Notes: generated by a model not told the origin, from the letters alone. Counted from the whole stretch's first letter, positions 1-11,939 are shown. The stretch is DNA of 63,926 nt, filler included, from Octopus bimaculoides (GCF_001194135.2; 4 parts of 4 records of this genome joined end to end with filler, not necessarily neighbours in it); one strand, 5' to 3'. Translations and numbers: made by a program.

Positions 1-52
<52 letters not shown>
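1..52. repeat. (TC)n microsatellite
   Basis: Pure TC dinucleotide run at the window start. Confidence 0.98.
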
Positions 53-55
<3 letters not shown>

Positions 56-359
56 GTTGATTGTTTTCAACCATCACCAGCACCACCATCATCACCACCA
101 CGACTGCCATACACGCACCATTCGGTGCAAAGGAAAAGCACTATTTAAAATAGTAATCTTTATCATCTTAATCAAAGGACAGAAAAACAGAGAGTCCCTT
201 CGGTGAGTTAATTTCAGACTCCATATTGTACATATAAGAAGCCATCCAACAGCACAGGGAGGAAACATAATCCTAAATTTTTGCGATGCAACTACAGATT
301 AAGGGAGGAATAAAGAAAACATAGTAATATTCCCTTTAAGAAGAAAAAAAATCAAGTTG

Positions 360-1674
360 AAAATGTGGTTTTGACTAATTTCGTTATAATTGTTTATTTG
401 AACAGCAGCTTGGTCATTTCCTTTCAGCGTGTACTTGATGACATACTTAACTAACCTCACTGAGGCAACGATTTCAACGTTGCAATGGCATTTGAATGCT
501 CTTAAAAGAGTTTCATTATAAGTTACAACTCATTTGTTGTTGATTGTTTTTCCATTCTTATAAGATTCAATTCTTCCCATTGCAACTGATTTTCGTCTAT
601 AAAGAGGATAAGAATCTTCTCCACAGACAATACTTTACAAGTATTATTTGGGAAATCTCTCGGAGCATGATCCTTTCTTCCAGCATGGAGAATTTGCATT
701 ACAATATGAACCATGTATCTTATGAGCAACGACTAAATCATGCAGTTCCTTATCTGTTGGTGGGTCTGGAATTTCTGTTTGTATATAGTCGTCAATCTCA
801 TTTGCTCTTATATTGTTTAGCAAACAAAAAAGGGCATGCAAATGTGGAAGACCACGTTTTTGATATTCAACAGTATGAGTATGTGCTTTGACTTCACCCC
901 AGAGTTTTCTCATGACAATCAAGACCATAAATACGTGTCTCTTCAGTTGGAAAACTCTTGCAATCAGATCTGGCCTGTCGGATGCCACCTATCCAGGAAA
1001 AAGATTTTGAGTAATTTCTAGCCGTTTGAAATTACACGTAAGTGTAATGAACTACAATGGTGTTCTGTGTCTCTTCAAAATTTCCATGGCATTCATCTGC
1101 ATTTCAGCCATGTATCTTGGACCTCCAGTAACTGTTGAAAAAGTAAGACCTTTTTCCAACGTCATTAAAATCATCATTGTCGTTTATAGCATCCTTTAGT
1201 CCCTTGTATGTTGTAATTCTTAAATCAGCTTGATGTTGTATCAAAAATGAAGGGGTTATTAAATTCGATTTTTGCAGCTTGACCGACCAAATACTGTTGG
1301 AATAATCGGTCGCCTCAAAGAATACGATTGAATTTGCTTTGATGATTCATTATTCTATAGGCATAATATTTCTTAATTGTCAATCGCTTATTGTTTGTCA
1401 TATTCAAGTTACCTTCAGGAAAAAAAGAGAACGTACTGCAATGAGTCATACGAACGATGAGTTACCGAAATTATGGTTAGTTCACCTCTTCTTTCCTTCA
1501 AGACGATATTCCTAGACGATGCATCTTGATTTGTATTGGGTAAAATATCAGAGACTTCATTTGCAGTTGGTGCATTCCAACGCTTCTCATGCTCAGCCTT
1601 CTGATCTCACGAATAACACATCTAACGTGTCTCTGAATACTTCCTTTGCCATTTTGAACGAAACAATAATATAT

Positions 1675-1719
<45 letters not shown>

Positions 1720-1763
1720 TCTCTCTCTCTCTTTCTCTNNNNNNNNNNNNNNNNNNNNNNNNN

Positions 1764-1817
<54 letters not shown>

Positions 1818-2660
1818 ACTGTTTCAATTCGTTCTACTATTCTTCTTTCTAGCCCTGCTTCGTTGTTCAATTCTCATCCTTTTTGTAACTAAGTTTAGTT
1901 GAACAAATTTTGCTTGCTCATCGGCCTCTGGAATTAGTGGACCCAGGAAATAGTAAATTTGTCCATGAATTATGACCGAGGGATTGTAATTTTCAGGTTG
2001 CCGACTCTCTTTGCAATTAAAAGATGCCATTTGGAAAATACCATTGTACTGCCTGGCATATTTTCTGAAAATTTTCCCCACATCTGTCTGACCTTCAAAT
2101 AATTCCTTCATTTCTGGTGGTAAGTCAGTTAACGGTGCTAAATTGACTTTTCATTTCACACAGCAAAAATTGGTGGTTTCACCTGGAAATTTGAAAGCTC
2201 TACAATGGGGGGCATATTTGATTCATTTCTTCAAGAGAGACATCAATATCTTGATGGATGCGGAGTCGACGATGTTGGTTTCGAAGTCGAACCTAAGTCG
2301 TCTCTGTTCTTCATTTTCATTCAAATCAACTTGCTTTTGTCTCATTCGATCTTAGTCTAGTCTTTCAACCCTTTGATCATAATTTCCATTTAAATGAATG
2401 TGTCGATGTCTGGTTTGATCTTGCTCTAGTCTTTCAGCCCTTTAATCATAATTTTCGTTTTAACATCGGATTTGTTGTCTTTCCAATCTACGCTGTCTCT
2501 GTTCTTCAGTTTCAAGTTTTAATCGCAGGGTTAGAAAGAAGAATCGTAGAATGAATTGAAACAGTTTTGAGAGAGGGAGAAATCCATATATTGCTTCGTT
2601 CAAAATAGCAAAGGAAGAAACTGTAAGAAAAACAGGAAACTGAAAAGAAGTCATAATTCA
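360..2660 (-). mobile_element. Decayed Helitron RepHel 5' half (N-terminal Zn-finger region plus Rep HUH domain), in GALNT intron 3
   Basis: Manual minus-strand translation gives, in order: CPHCRAFKFPGETTNFCC, YARQYNGIFQMASF...HGQIYYFLGPL, EHEKRWNAPTANEV, RLFQQYLV..AAKIE, TGGPRYM, Rep motif I FITLTCN..DRPDL, motif II VEYQKRGLPHLH, and motif III VKYVIKYTLKG. Multiple stops and frameshifts. Confidence 0.93.
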
Positions 2661-3230
2661 AAGCTCAAAAACAGAATGAAATAAAATGAACAGAAAATAT
2701 TATTGAAATTTTTAGTTATTTGGTTTTAAATTATTTTAATACCAAAGTTTGATTTCTGTTAATATATTTCATGAATTTGTTTTAAATAGTAAATTCACTT
2801 CATGATTTTGTTTTAAATGGTAAATTAACTTTTTCGTGCCAATTTCAATGTTTAGATAAAACAAAATTGCAAAATATTGCAGCAAAGTTGCGTGATAGTG
2901 GTGTAGACGTAGCTTGCAGATCATCATATAATTTGCTTTATTCTTCTCTTCTGTTTTACTTTGACATGCGCATTGCGTTTATATTCTTCTCTTCCGTTTC
3001 ATGAATATAGTGTGCACATGCGCATTGTGTGTTCATACTTCGCTTTCGGGTTCCTATTCAAAATTGTTTATATATCACATGCATCTCCCGAACGTGCATT
3101 TCTAAGGAGCGCTTCGCGCTCCGATAGTTGTGAAGGCTCTTGCTAAAATAGTTAAAATTTCTATTAGTTTCTTTCACAGAAAATGAATATGACATACATT
3201 ACCATTTCAAGTTAATCAAGTGATACTCAC

Positions 3231-3408
3231 CAGTTTATATTTACTTCCATGTGACTTTCTAAAATACATACTACTTCAGCCGTAACATATTTGATTGCTT
3301 CCACGCGAGTTTTTATCAAGCCACCGCGCTCTTTTAATCGAATTAACTTCACAAGATCTGTATCAAAATGTTCTTTGATGTAAATATCCAAGTCTTCCTT
3401 GTAAAATT
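3231..3408 (-). CDS. GALNT: Polypeptide N-acetylgalactosaminyltransferase, coding exon 3 (GT1 motif second half; DXH motif reads ESH)
   Basis: Acceptor ttttgcag and donor TG|gtgagt; 178 nt, phase 1 to phase 2, matching the phase-1 end of exon 2. Encodes (E)FYKEDLDIYIKEHFDTDLVKLIRLKERGGLIKTRVEAIKYVTAEVVCILESHMEVNIN(W), aligning to the family pattern VKxIRxxxRxGLIRARxxGAxxAxGEVLxFLDSHCExxxxW. Confidence 0.92.
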
Positions 3409-4729
3409 CTGCAAAATTATAAATGCACAAATATTTCAAAGAAAGCAGATTAAACGCAAAAATTCACCCTTTTCTATTTACTTGTTATTGGACTGTGTCT
3501 ATTCTAACAACCATCAGTATTTAACCTGTATTGAAAGACAAAATCGACCGACATGGGATTTGAATGCAAAGCACCAATGGATGCACCAAATGCCGCAAGA
3601 TATTTTGTCCTATACTCTGATTCTGCAAATCTACCGTCCTAATGTATATATAATAGGGGAAAGTGTAGTTAGATTGAATGTGGGTTAAGTTTTAAAACCT
3701 CTTTTTGTTTTACAGAAATAAAGAATTTGGTGAGGACTTAACTGCCTCTTTAAAAGAGCCGTTTATACTATTTTTCAAATTGGTATCAAGTTGATACAGA
3801 ATTTTTTTACTATACAAAAAGCTTTCTATATTTTATACACCTTTTAGTAAAATTTGTGCTTCTTAGAAATATTCAGTAATACCATACTCAAGAACAAATG
3901 ATTTTGTGTTTTTATTGTTTAGCAAACTGTAATCAGAATGGGGCAGGAAATAATTTATCCGTTTCGTTTTGAGTTGTGTACTCTCCACATGTTATACTGA
4001 AGTCATTAGTAGATCAGGCGAGCTCAAGTATGATGTGAGACGTTAGTTGCAAGTTGATGATGAGGTTTAGTGGAAATATGTGTCCAACCAACTCATATAG
4101 AAGAATTTGAATATATGAGTCGATATTGTCTGTATAATACTCAAATCTTGGATAGAGGAGAAAAATGCAGAGGAAGACTAGATACTTCATTTTCTTAAAA
4201 GACATAAGAAGAGCAATGTCGAATCTCTTAAATATATGAGAGAGGGGTATGTTTTTAATGTTTACAGGAAAGGAAAATGTACACCATTATTATATTGCAA
4301 TGGTTGATAAAATGAATGAAAATGGAGGGGTAACAAGAAAAATGTTGAGAAATATTCCAAGCAGAGATTTGATGTGCTCCATATTCATAATGCTAATTAC
4401 TGTTAAAATATGCACACCTGAACGTGAGGACGCCGTATTTTTTCTGCGTTCCATACAACAATGAGAGCACAAGGCATTGCCTTTACAACCTTGCGTTTCA
4501 TGTTGACCTATAAGCCAACAAGCAAGATTAGAGACAAGGATGTGTTGTGGGCTAACAGTAAACCTTCTTTATTGGTGACAGACCAAAGTGACAATAAGGC
4601 CTAGTAAAAGCCACCTAATTAAATATATAATTAGTAATGGAAATTGAAATGATACCAATCTAATTGGTTACTTGTGATCGCTTCAAGCAATTCACCCTTT
4701 TGTACAACAGCACTGCATTGGACAAATAT

Positions 4730-4811
4730 AGATACATAATGCATACATAAGTACATACATAAATACATACGTACATACATACACATATAATACATGCATA
4801 TATATATATAT

Positions 4812-4868
<57 letters not shown>
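4730..4868. repeat. Compound (TACA)/(TA)/(CA) microsatellite
   Basis: Direct inspection. Confidence 0.9.
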
Positions 4869-4872
<4 letters not shown>

Positions 4873-5252
4873 AATGAGGCAGCTAGGAAGACAATAAATG
4901 TCATTAAATAGGACTGAGCGTAATAGGACACCTACACTGCTAGAAATAAGAATTAAAGTGCTCTATTGCTGCTAAGAGCTCAAATGCTCTCCTGCTGTTG
5001 TCAACGCATATGTATATGNNNNNNNNNNNNNNNNNNNNNNNNNNNNNNNNNNNNNNNNNNNNNNNNNNNNNNNNNNNNNNNNNNNNNNNNNNNNNNNNNN
5101 NNNNNNNNNNNNNNNNNNNNNNNNNNNNNNNNNNNNNNNNNNNNNNNNNNNTTATTAATTAATCAACATATTAACAAATAATTGTTCTATTTCTCAAATA
5201 AGATTAAAATTACAAAATATATATGAATATATAATTTTGTATTTTAAATACC

Positions 5253-5326
5253 GGATCTTTTTTAAAACGGGAGCCACATTTTTCAAACATTAATGAAAAA
5301 TGTGGCCCCCGTTTTAAAAAAGATCC
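5253..5326. repeat. 33-bp near-perfect inverted repeat (hairpin, 8-nt loop), foldback/MITE-like
   Basis: GGATCTTTTTTAAAACGGGAGCCACATTTTTCA - AACATTAA - TGAAAAATGTGGCCCCCGTTTTAAAAAAGATCC; one mismatch. Confidence 0.85.
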
Positions 5327-5371
5327 CTATTTCGGAATATACAGAATATATAAATATGTTTACGATGCGTG

Positions 5372-5658
5372 TGGGTGGAGGCGCAATGGCCCAGTGGTTA
5401 GGGCAGCGGACTCGCAGTCATAGTATCGCGGGGCATTGTGAGTGTTTATTGAGCGAAAACACCTAAAGCTCCACGAGGCTCCGGCAGGGGATGGGATGGT
5501 GGCGAACCCTGTTGTACTCTTCCACCACAACTTTCTCGCACTCTTACTTCCTGTTTCTGTTGTACCTGTAATTCAAAGGGTCAGCCTTGTCACACTGTGT
5601 CACGCTGAATATCCCCGAGAGCTACGTTAAGGGGACACGTGTCTGTGGAGTGCTCAGC
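5372..5658 (+). mobile_element. tRNA-derived SINE (5' part; runs into a gap)
   Basis: tRNA-like head GGAGGCGCAATGGCCCAGTGGTTAGGGCAGCGGACTCG with an A box; the B box appears deleted. Body resembles an octopus SINE (recalled). Confidence 0.7.
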
Positions 5659-6795
5659 NNNNNNNNNNNNNNNNNNNNNNNNNNNNNNNNNNNNNNNNNN
5701 NNNNNNNNNNNNNNNNNNNNNNNNNNNNNNNNNNNNNNNNNNNNNNNNNNNNNNNNNNNNNNNNNNNNNNNNNNNNNNNNNNNNNNNNNNNNNNNNNNNN
5801 NNNNNNNNNNNNNNNNNNNNNNNNNNNNNNNNNNNNNNNNNNNNNNNNNNNNNNNNNNNNNNNNNNNNNNNNNNNNNNNNNNNNNNNNNNNNNNNNNNNN
5901 NNNNNNNNNNNNNNNNNNNNNNNNNNNNNNNNNNNNNNNNNNNNNNNNNNNNNNNNNNNNNNNNNNNNNNNNNNNNNNNNNNNNNNNNNNNNNNNNNNNN
6001 NNNNNNNNNNNNNNNNNNNNNNNNNNNNNNNNNNNNNNNNNNNNNNNNNNNNNNNNNNNNNNNNNNNNNNNNNNNNNNNNNNNNNNNNNNNNNNNNNNNN
6101 NNNNNNNNNNNNNNNNNNNNNNNNNNNNNNNNNNNNNNNNNNNNNNNNNNNNNNNNNNNNNNNNNNNNNNNNNNNNNNNNNNNNNNNNNNNNNNNNNNNN
6201 NNNNNNNNNNNNNNNNNNNNNNNNNNNNNNNNNNNNNNNNNNNNNNNNNNNNNNNNNNNNNNNNNNNNNNNNNNNNNNNNNNNNNNNNNNNNNNNNNNNN
6301 NNNNNNNNNNNNNNNNNNNNNNNNNNNNNNNNNNNNNNNNNNNNNNNNNNNNNNNNNNNNNNNNNNNNNNNNNNNNNNNNNNNNNNNNNNTATATATATA
6401 TATATATATATGCATACATACATACATACACACATACATGCACGCGCGCGCACACGCAACAAGTATGTATATGAATATGTACATCAATATGTACTGGTAT
6501 ATATGTTCCTTTCCAATTTGCTTCTTTAGGTATGTAGATTGATTTATGAGCAGAAATGAAGTAAAGATAAGATTAAAATGTAATAAAATGAAAATAAAAT
6601 ATAAAGAATATTAAAAAAAAGTAAAAATAAAATTAATATAAAAATGATAAGTAAAAATAAAATAAATATATAGTAAATAAAGTAGAAATAAAATAAAATA
6701 AAATGTACGAAAGTGAAATAAACTGAAATAAATTTATGTACATGTATGTATACGTGTGTGCTTATATATGTGTGTCTATACTGTATATGTATATA

Positions 6796-7452
6796 CAATA
6801 ATCCCTCGTCTATCGCAGGTATTACATTCCAAAACCCACTGCGATAGGTGAAAATTGGCGAAGTAGAAACACTATTCTAATCTTTTATTCTTTTATTTAT
6901 TTCAGTCCATGCTGGAGCACCGCCTTTAGTCGAACAAATCGAACCCAGGGCTTATTCTTTGTAAGCCTAATATTTATTCTATCATCTCTTTGCCGAATCG
7001 CTAAGTTACGTGGACGTAAACACACCAGCATCGGTTGTCAAGCGATGCTGGGGGGACAAACACAGACATACAAACACACACACAAAAAGGGAAAAAGACA
7101 AAAGAACAACAACAAAAAACATCAGCGTGAGGACGTGATACAGGTTGTGTTACTAGACGCTCGGGAAAGGAAACGACGAGCCTCTTTCTGTTTCCGTCAA
7201 CCAAACCACTCGGAAGGCTTTGGTCGATCCGAGGCTATAGTAGAAGACACTGGCCCAAGGTGCCACGCAGTGGGACTGAACCTAGAACCATATGGTTGGC
7301 AAGCAAGCTACTTACCACACAGCTACTCCTGCGTAATTTTTTGAAATTATTTTTCTAATTTGTACATTTTATTTTATTATAAATGCAACACAACACTACG
7401 GAGGAATCGACGTAAGTTTCAATAATAAACCGCGATAGGTGAACCGCGATAT
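6796..7452. mobile_element. pogo/Tigger-like MITE interrupted by a SINE
   Basis: TA|CAATAATCCCTCGTCTATCGCAGG left terminus; internal CGCGATAGGTGAA repeated at about 6841 and 7430; the right terminus is partial. Confidence 0.5.
6885..7332 (-). mobile_element. CORE-like tRNA SINE, full length, with a foreign insert in its spacer
   Basis: Reverse complement of the 61663-62072 element; spacer 7085-7173 is non-microsatellite sequence. Confidence 0.88.
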
Positions 7453-7729
7453 ATATACTAAACAAGTATGGATACCTTTATTTATGTATTATTGTGTGTT
7501 TTCTTCCTAAGTTATTATATTGGTTCTTAAGTATGCATTCATTATGGTGACAGGTTAATTAATTATATATTATTTATATTTAGATACAAAAGTATGTTTA
7601 ATACTTTTGCGATCATGTATGCTCACGTTTTTATGTTTATACACGTGGATGAGTGTGTAGGCGTATATATTATCTATTTATATATTAGTATATGTGTGTG
7701 TATGTGTGCGCGCGCGCGTATATGTATTA

Positions 7730-7931
7730 TTCTTTTACTTGTTTCAGTCATTTGACTGCGGCCATGCTGGAGCACCGCCTTTAGTCGAGTAAATCAACCA
7801 CAGGACTTATTCTTTGTAAGCCTAGTACTTATTCTATCGGTCTCTTTGCCGAACTGCTAAGTTACGGGGACGCAAACACACTACCATCGGTTGTCAAGCA
7901 ATGTTGGGGGGACAAACACAGACATACAAAC

Positions 7932-7980
<49 letters not shown>

Positions 7981-8740
7981 NNNNNNNNNNNNNNNNNNNN
8001 NNNNNNNNNNNNNNNNNNNNNNNNNNNNNNNNNNNNNNNNNNNNNNNNNNNNNNNNNNNNNNNNNNNNNNNNNNNNNNNNNNNNNNNNNNNNNNNNNNNN
8101 NNNNNNNNNNNNNNNNNNNNNNNNNNNNNNNNNNNNNNNNNNNNNNNNNNNNNNNNNNNNNNNNNNNNNNNNNNNNNNNNNNNNNNNNNNNNNNNNNNNN
8201 NNNNNNNNNNNNNNNNNNNNNNNNNNNNNNNNNNNNNNNNNNNNNNNNNNNNNNNNNNNNNNNNNNNNNNNNNNNNNNNNNNNNNNNNNNNNNNNNNNNN
8301 NNNNNNNNNNNNNNNNNNNNNNNNNNNNNNNNNNNNNNNNNNNNNNNNNNNNNNNNNNNNNNNNNNNNNNNNNNNNNNNNNNNNNNNNNNNNNNNNNNNN
8401 NNNNNNNNNNNNNNNNNNNNNNNNNNNNNNNNNNNNNNNNNNNNNNNNNNNNNNNNNNNNNNNNNNNNNNNNNNNNNNNNNNNNNNNNNNNNNNNNNNNN
8501 NNNNNNNNNNNNNNNNNNNNNNNNNNNNNNNNNNNNNNNNNNNNNNNNNNNNNNNNNNATATATACATATACATATATACGACGGGCTTCTTTCAGTTTC
8601 CGTCTACCAAATCCACTCACAAGGCTTTGGTCGGCCCGAGGCTATAGTAGAAGACACTTGCCCAAGATTCCACGCAGTGGGACTGAACCTGGAACCATGT
8701 GGTTGGTAAGCAAGCTACTTACCACACAGCCATTCCTATG
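7730..8740 (-). mobile_element. CORE-like tRNA SINE whose (TA)n spacer spans a gap
   Basis: Tail at 7730-7980 and head at 8580-8740 both match the 61663-62072 element, in the expected order and orientation. Confidence 0.88.
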
Positions 8741-8824
8741 TTTATATATATATTTCGTTCTAAAGTTATTTCATAGATCTTAAGCGTATATGCAATTTTT
8801 TTCTTCTTGCCTTTAACCCTCCAG

Positions 8825-9385
8825 CGCGGAGTATAGGCCACTCATAATTGAATTCCATGTCACATAATTTCTCGCTTCTGTACTTATACTCTGCCATGAA
8901 TGTCCCCCTTTCTTCTAGTTCCTTTTGTGTTGATCTACGCCATGAGTTCTTAGGCCTACCTTTCTTTCTATATCCATCCGGATTCCACTGTAAAGCACTT
9001 TTCGCTGCATTTGGTGTGTCTTTTCTAATTGTGCTTCCAATCCACTTCCACTTTTTCTTAAATATTTGCTCCCTACTCGAAACTTGATTTGTTCTTTGTC
9101 ATAACTCCATATTGCTTATGTGTTCGGGCCATCTAATTTTAAGTATACTACGCAAGCATCTGTTGATGAATGATTGTATTTGCTTATTTGGCTTAACTGT
9201 TGTTCGCCATGTCTCAGCCCCATACAATAACACCGCTTCTACGTTAGTGTTAAAAATTCTTTTTTTTGTTCTTTATTGAAATTACACTTGCGCTCCATAC
9301 CTTTTTTTAACAGGTGAAAAGCGGTCCTTGCCTTACTTATTCTCGTCTTAATATCTTCGTCGGTGCATATTATTGAAAGATTATC
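8825..9385 (-). mobile_element. RTE-clade LINE, 3' RT fragment
   Basis: Minus-strand translation: RIFNTNVEAVLLYGAETW...RCLRSILKIRWPEHISN...KWKWIGSTIRK...ALQWNPDGYRKKGRPKNSWRRS. Confidence 0.9.
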
Positions 9386-9649
9386 AAAGTAATTATGTTA
9401 ATGATCATATTTATTACTAATTATTATATTATAGGATTATATATTTATACATTTAGATATATGTTGGGATGGTGTACTTAGTATTCATATTTGAGCTTAC
9501 TCTCTACATTTAGGATTATTACGTCGATTTGGTGTATTACGTCATCAAGATTGATTTCATTGATATATATATAGTATCTATCTAAATTAAATGTATAATA
9601 TTATACGGTTAATTAATAGGGATCAGTACTCAATTTTATTATTATCATC

Positions 9650-10700
9650 ACTATCAAACTGATTTTTAAGTATTGTATAATCTAACATAACATGGTGTAT
9701 GTTATTTTGATTATATTATGTTAGGTTTGTAAGTACAATTATACTAAGTTATACTAATTATACTTAAATTTTAATTTATATCTTCCTAAAATTTGTATTA
9801 AAATTAAATTGTATTATATTATTTGGTTAATTAGTGAATGTCAATGCTCAGCATTGTTATTACTATTATTAAGAATATATTTAAATATTACATAATGTAA
9901 TGTGGTACATATTATTTTTATTTTTGTTTATGCTAATATCCTTGTATGGTTAACATCTATGCTTGGATTAAAAGTAGTTATATTATCCGATAGATAGTAA
10001 AGGTTCATGTACTCTATTATTATAGAAATGAAATCCAATCATTATGTAATATAATATAATATAGTCTATGCTATTTATATTTGTTATTTCCAATTATTTT
10101 TATTCATGTTGATTTTTACTATTCAGGGTTTTTAATGTTAGTTTTAATTTGTTATGATTACTCAGATTATTAATACGTTTAAGATTTGTATTGGGTTTAT
10201 GGTATGGTTCATATTTACTAGTTACAAGATTAAAGTTAATAGCTAAAAAATTAACCTATTTATTTTCTTTTTCAATAGAGATTGAGAGACCATAATTTTT
10301 TTTTAAATTATGTAATTTTTTTCACACAGTTCCAATTTTCTATTTGATGGATTTTTAACTAGAAACAGCTCATCATCTTTATATAGTCCGCCCGTTATTT
10401 TAGGGAATTCATTATTGAATTCATGTAGAATGTATATGCCCACTATGTCCTTAACTTGGACTGAGTCCACGGACCCCATGGTGATGTCAAATGAATTATA
10501 TGAGCCCTTTCTAACCCAATATTTATTATCAAACTTAATCACTGATTTTCTGGCATGTAAAATAACATTTATTTATTTCGTGTTTAAGTCAGTCTTTTAG
10601 CGAAAATAACTGCTTTATTCAGAATTATCGGATTAATGGAAGAGTAATAGTTGTCAATATCAACCTGTAAGAATTTTAATTTGTATGGAATAAGCAGAGC
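9650..10700 (-). mobile_element. Penelope-like element RT, decayed
   Basis: KFLQVDIDNYYSSI, FDITMGSVD...GGLYKDD, GLSISIE...VNFLAINFNL...YEPYHKPN...SNH; the downstream part is very AT-rich and only weakly translatable. Confidence 0.82.
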
Positions 10701-10934
10701 AAGAGCACACACGAAGACGGAAAATGTCGCTGAAGATGTCACAGATGTGTGACGAAAGATTTCCGGACAATGGACATGATTTAGAATAAGAACAGTAATA
10801 AACGAGTGAAGAACGAATATATAGTCCGTATGTCTATTTGGCAAAAAAAAAAAATTACCATCTCGAAATACAATATCTGTTTCAACACACGATTTTGCAT
10901 CAGGAATCTTGCAACACAAATTCATAACATTCTT

Positions 10935-11402
10935 TTACTCTTTTATTTGTTTCAGTCATTTGACTGCGGCCATGCTGGAGCACCGCCTTTAGTCGAACAA
11001 ATCGACCCCAGGGCTTATTCTTTGTAAGCTTTGCACTTATTCTATCAGCCTCTTTTGCCGAACCGCTAAGTTACGGGGACGTAAACACACCAACAGTGGT
11101 CATCAAGTGATGGTGGGGNNNNNNNNNNNNNNNNNNNNNNNNNNNNNNNNNNNNNNNNNNNNNNNNNNNNNNNNNNNNNNNNNNNNNNNNNNNNNNNNNN
11201 NNNNNNNNNNNNNNNNNNNNNNNNNNNNNNNNNNNNNNNNNNNNNNNNNNNNNNNNNNNNNNNNNNNNNNNNNNNNNNNNNNNNNNNNNNNNNNNNNNNN
11301 NNNNNNNNNNNNNNNNNNNNNNNNNNNNNNNNNNNNNNNNNNNNNNNNNNNNNNNNNNNNNNNNNNNNNNNNNNNNNCTACTTACCACATAGCCACGCCT
11401 GC
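10935..11402 (-). mobile_element. CORE-like tRNA SINE, centre lost in a gap
   Basis: Tail at 10935-11118 and the head end (CTACTTACCACATAGCCACGCCTGCG) after the gap. Confidence 0.85.
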
Positions 11403-11939
11403 GCCTATTATCTGATATATAGTATTGTATTACAGAAAATTTTAATTTTCGCTTTGTTGTATCATGAATATAGTTCCGTTAAATCAGATATGTATTTGCA
11501 TATAAATGCAGACATTCCAGGTCAGTAGAAATATATGAAAACAAATAAATATTAATGTGACCATTCTCGTCTTCAGATGCAGTCTACCTAATATTGTGTA
11601 CTACCAACTACGAATTAATGAAGAAATCATACTAAAATTGGTAACCCCGAAGTCTCTACACACTAAAATGATCACCCAACGAAGAAAGAAAGAACATCTG
11701 CAAATATCGTCAGCACGAAACTGACCCTGATAAACCTGATTAGGCGATAAACACACTACAATGAGGGTTCGATTCATCAACATAACTTGATATCCTTAGC
11801 AGCAAATTTGGTGTCACGACAAATAAACTTAATGAAACTGAATGCAACAAAATAAACTGGTGTGGTTAAAGAGAATTTCTACGTGCTTACTGAATTTCTT
11901 CAGACATTTTACTCTACACCCTTCTGAAACGACATATTT

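Noticed and set aside
3227-3439. THAP9/P-element transposase fragment, suggested by LIRLKERGGLIK
   Set aside because: The segment is bounded by canonical splice sites, is in phase with GALNT exon 2 and aligns with the GalNAc-T GLIRAR/DSH region.
3635-3680. Helitron 5' terminus (TCCTAATGTATATATAATAG)
   Set aside because: Wrong strand for the nearby Helitron, and no matching 3' hairpin/CTRR end was found.
4290-4560. Gag-like zinc knuckle (CWLIGQHETQGCKGNALCSHC)
   Set aside because: The Cys/His spacing is not canonical and there is no adjacent retroelement motif.
5372-5420. Genuine tRNA gene
   Set aside because: It lacks the B box/T arm and acceptor-stem closure, and continues into SINE body sequence.
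5587-6529. Long ORFs of 200-300 aa in the track (also near 7.9, 27.2, 29.0, 45.0 and 59.7 kb)
   Set aside because: They consist of X residues from N gaps plus microsatellite translations.
9385-10300. Mitochondrial insertion (NUMT), suggested by extreme AT content
   Set aside because: No mitochondrial gene motif was found; the minus strand continues the Penelope RT (VNFL...KPN...SNH).
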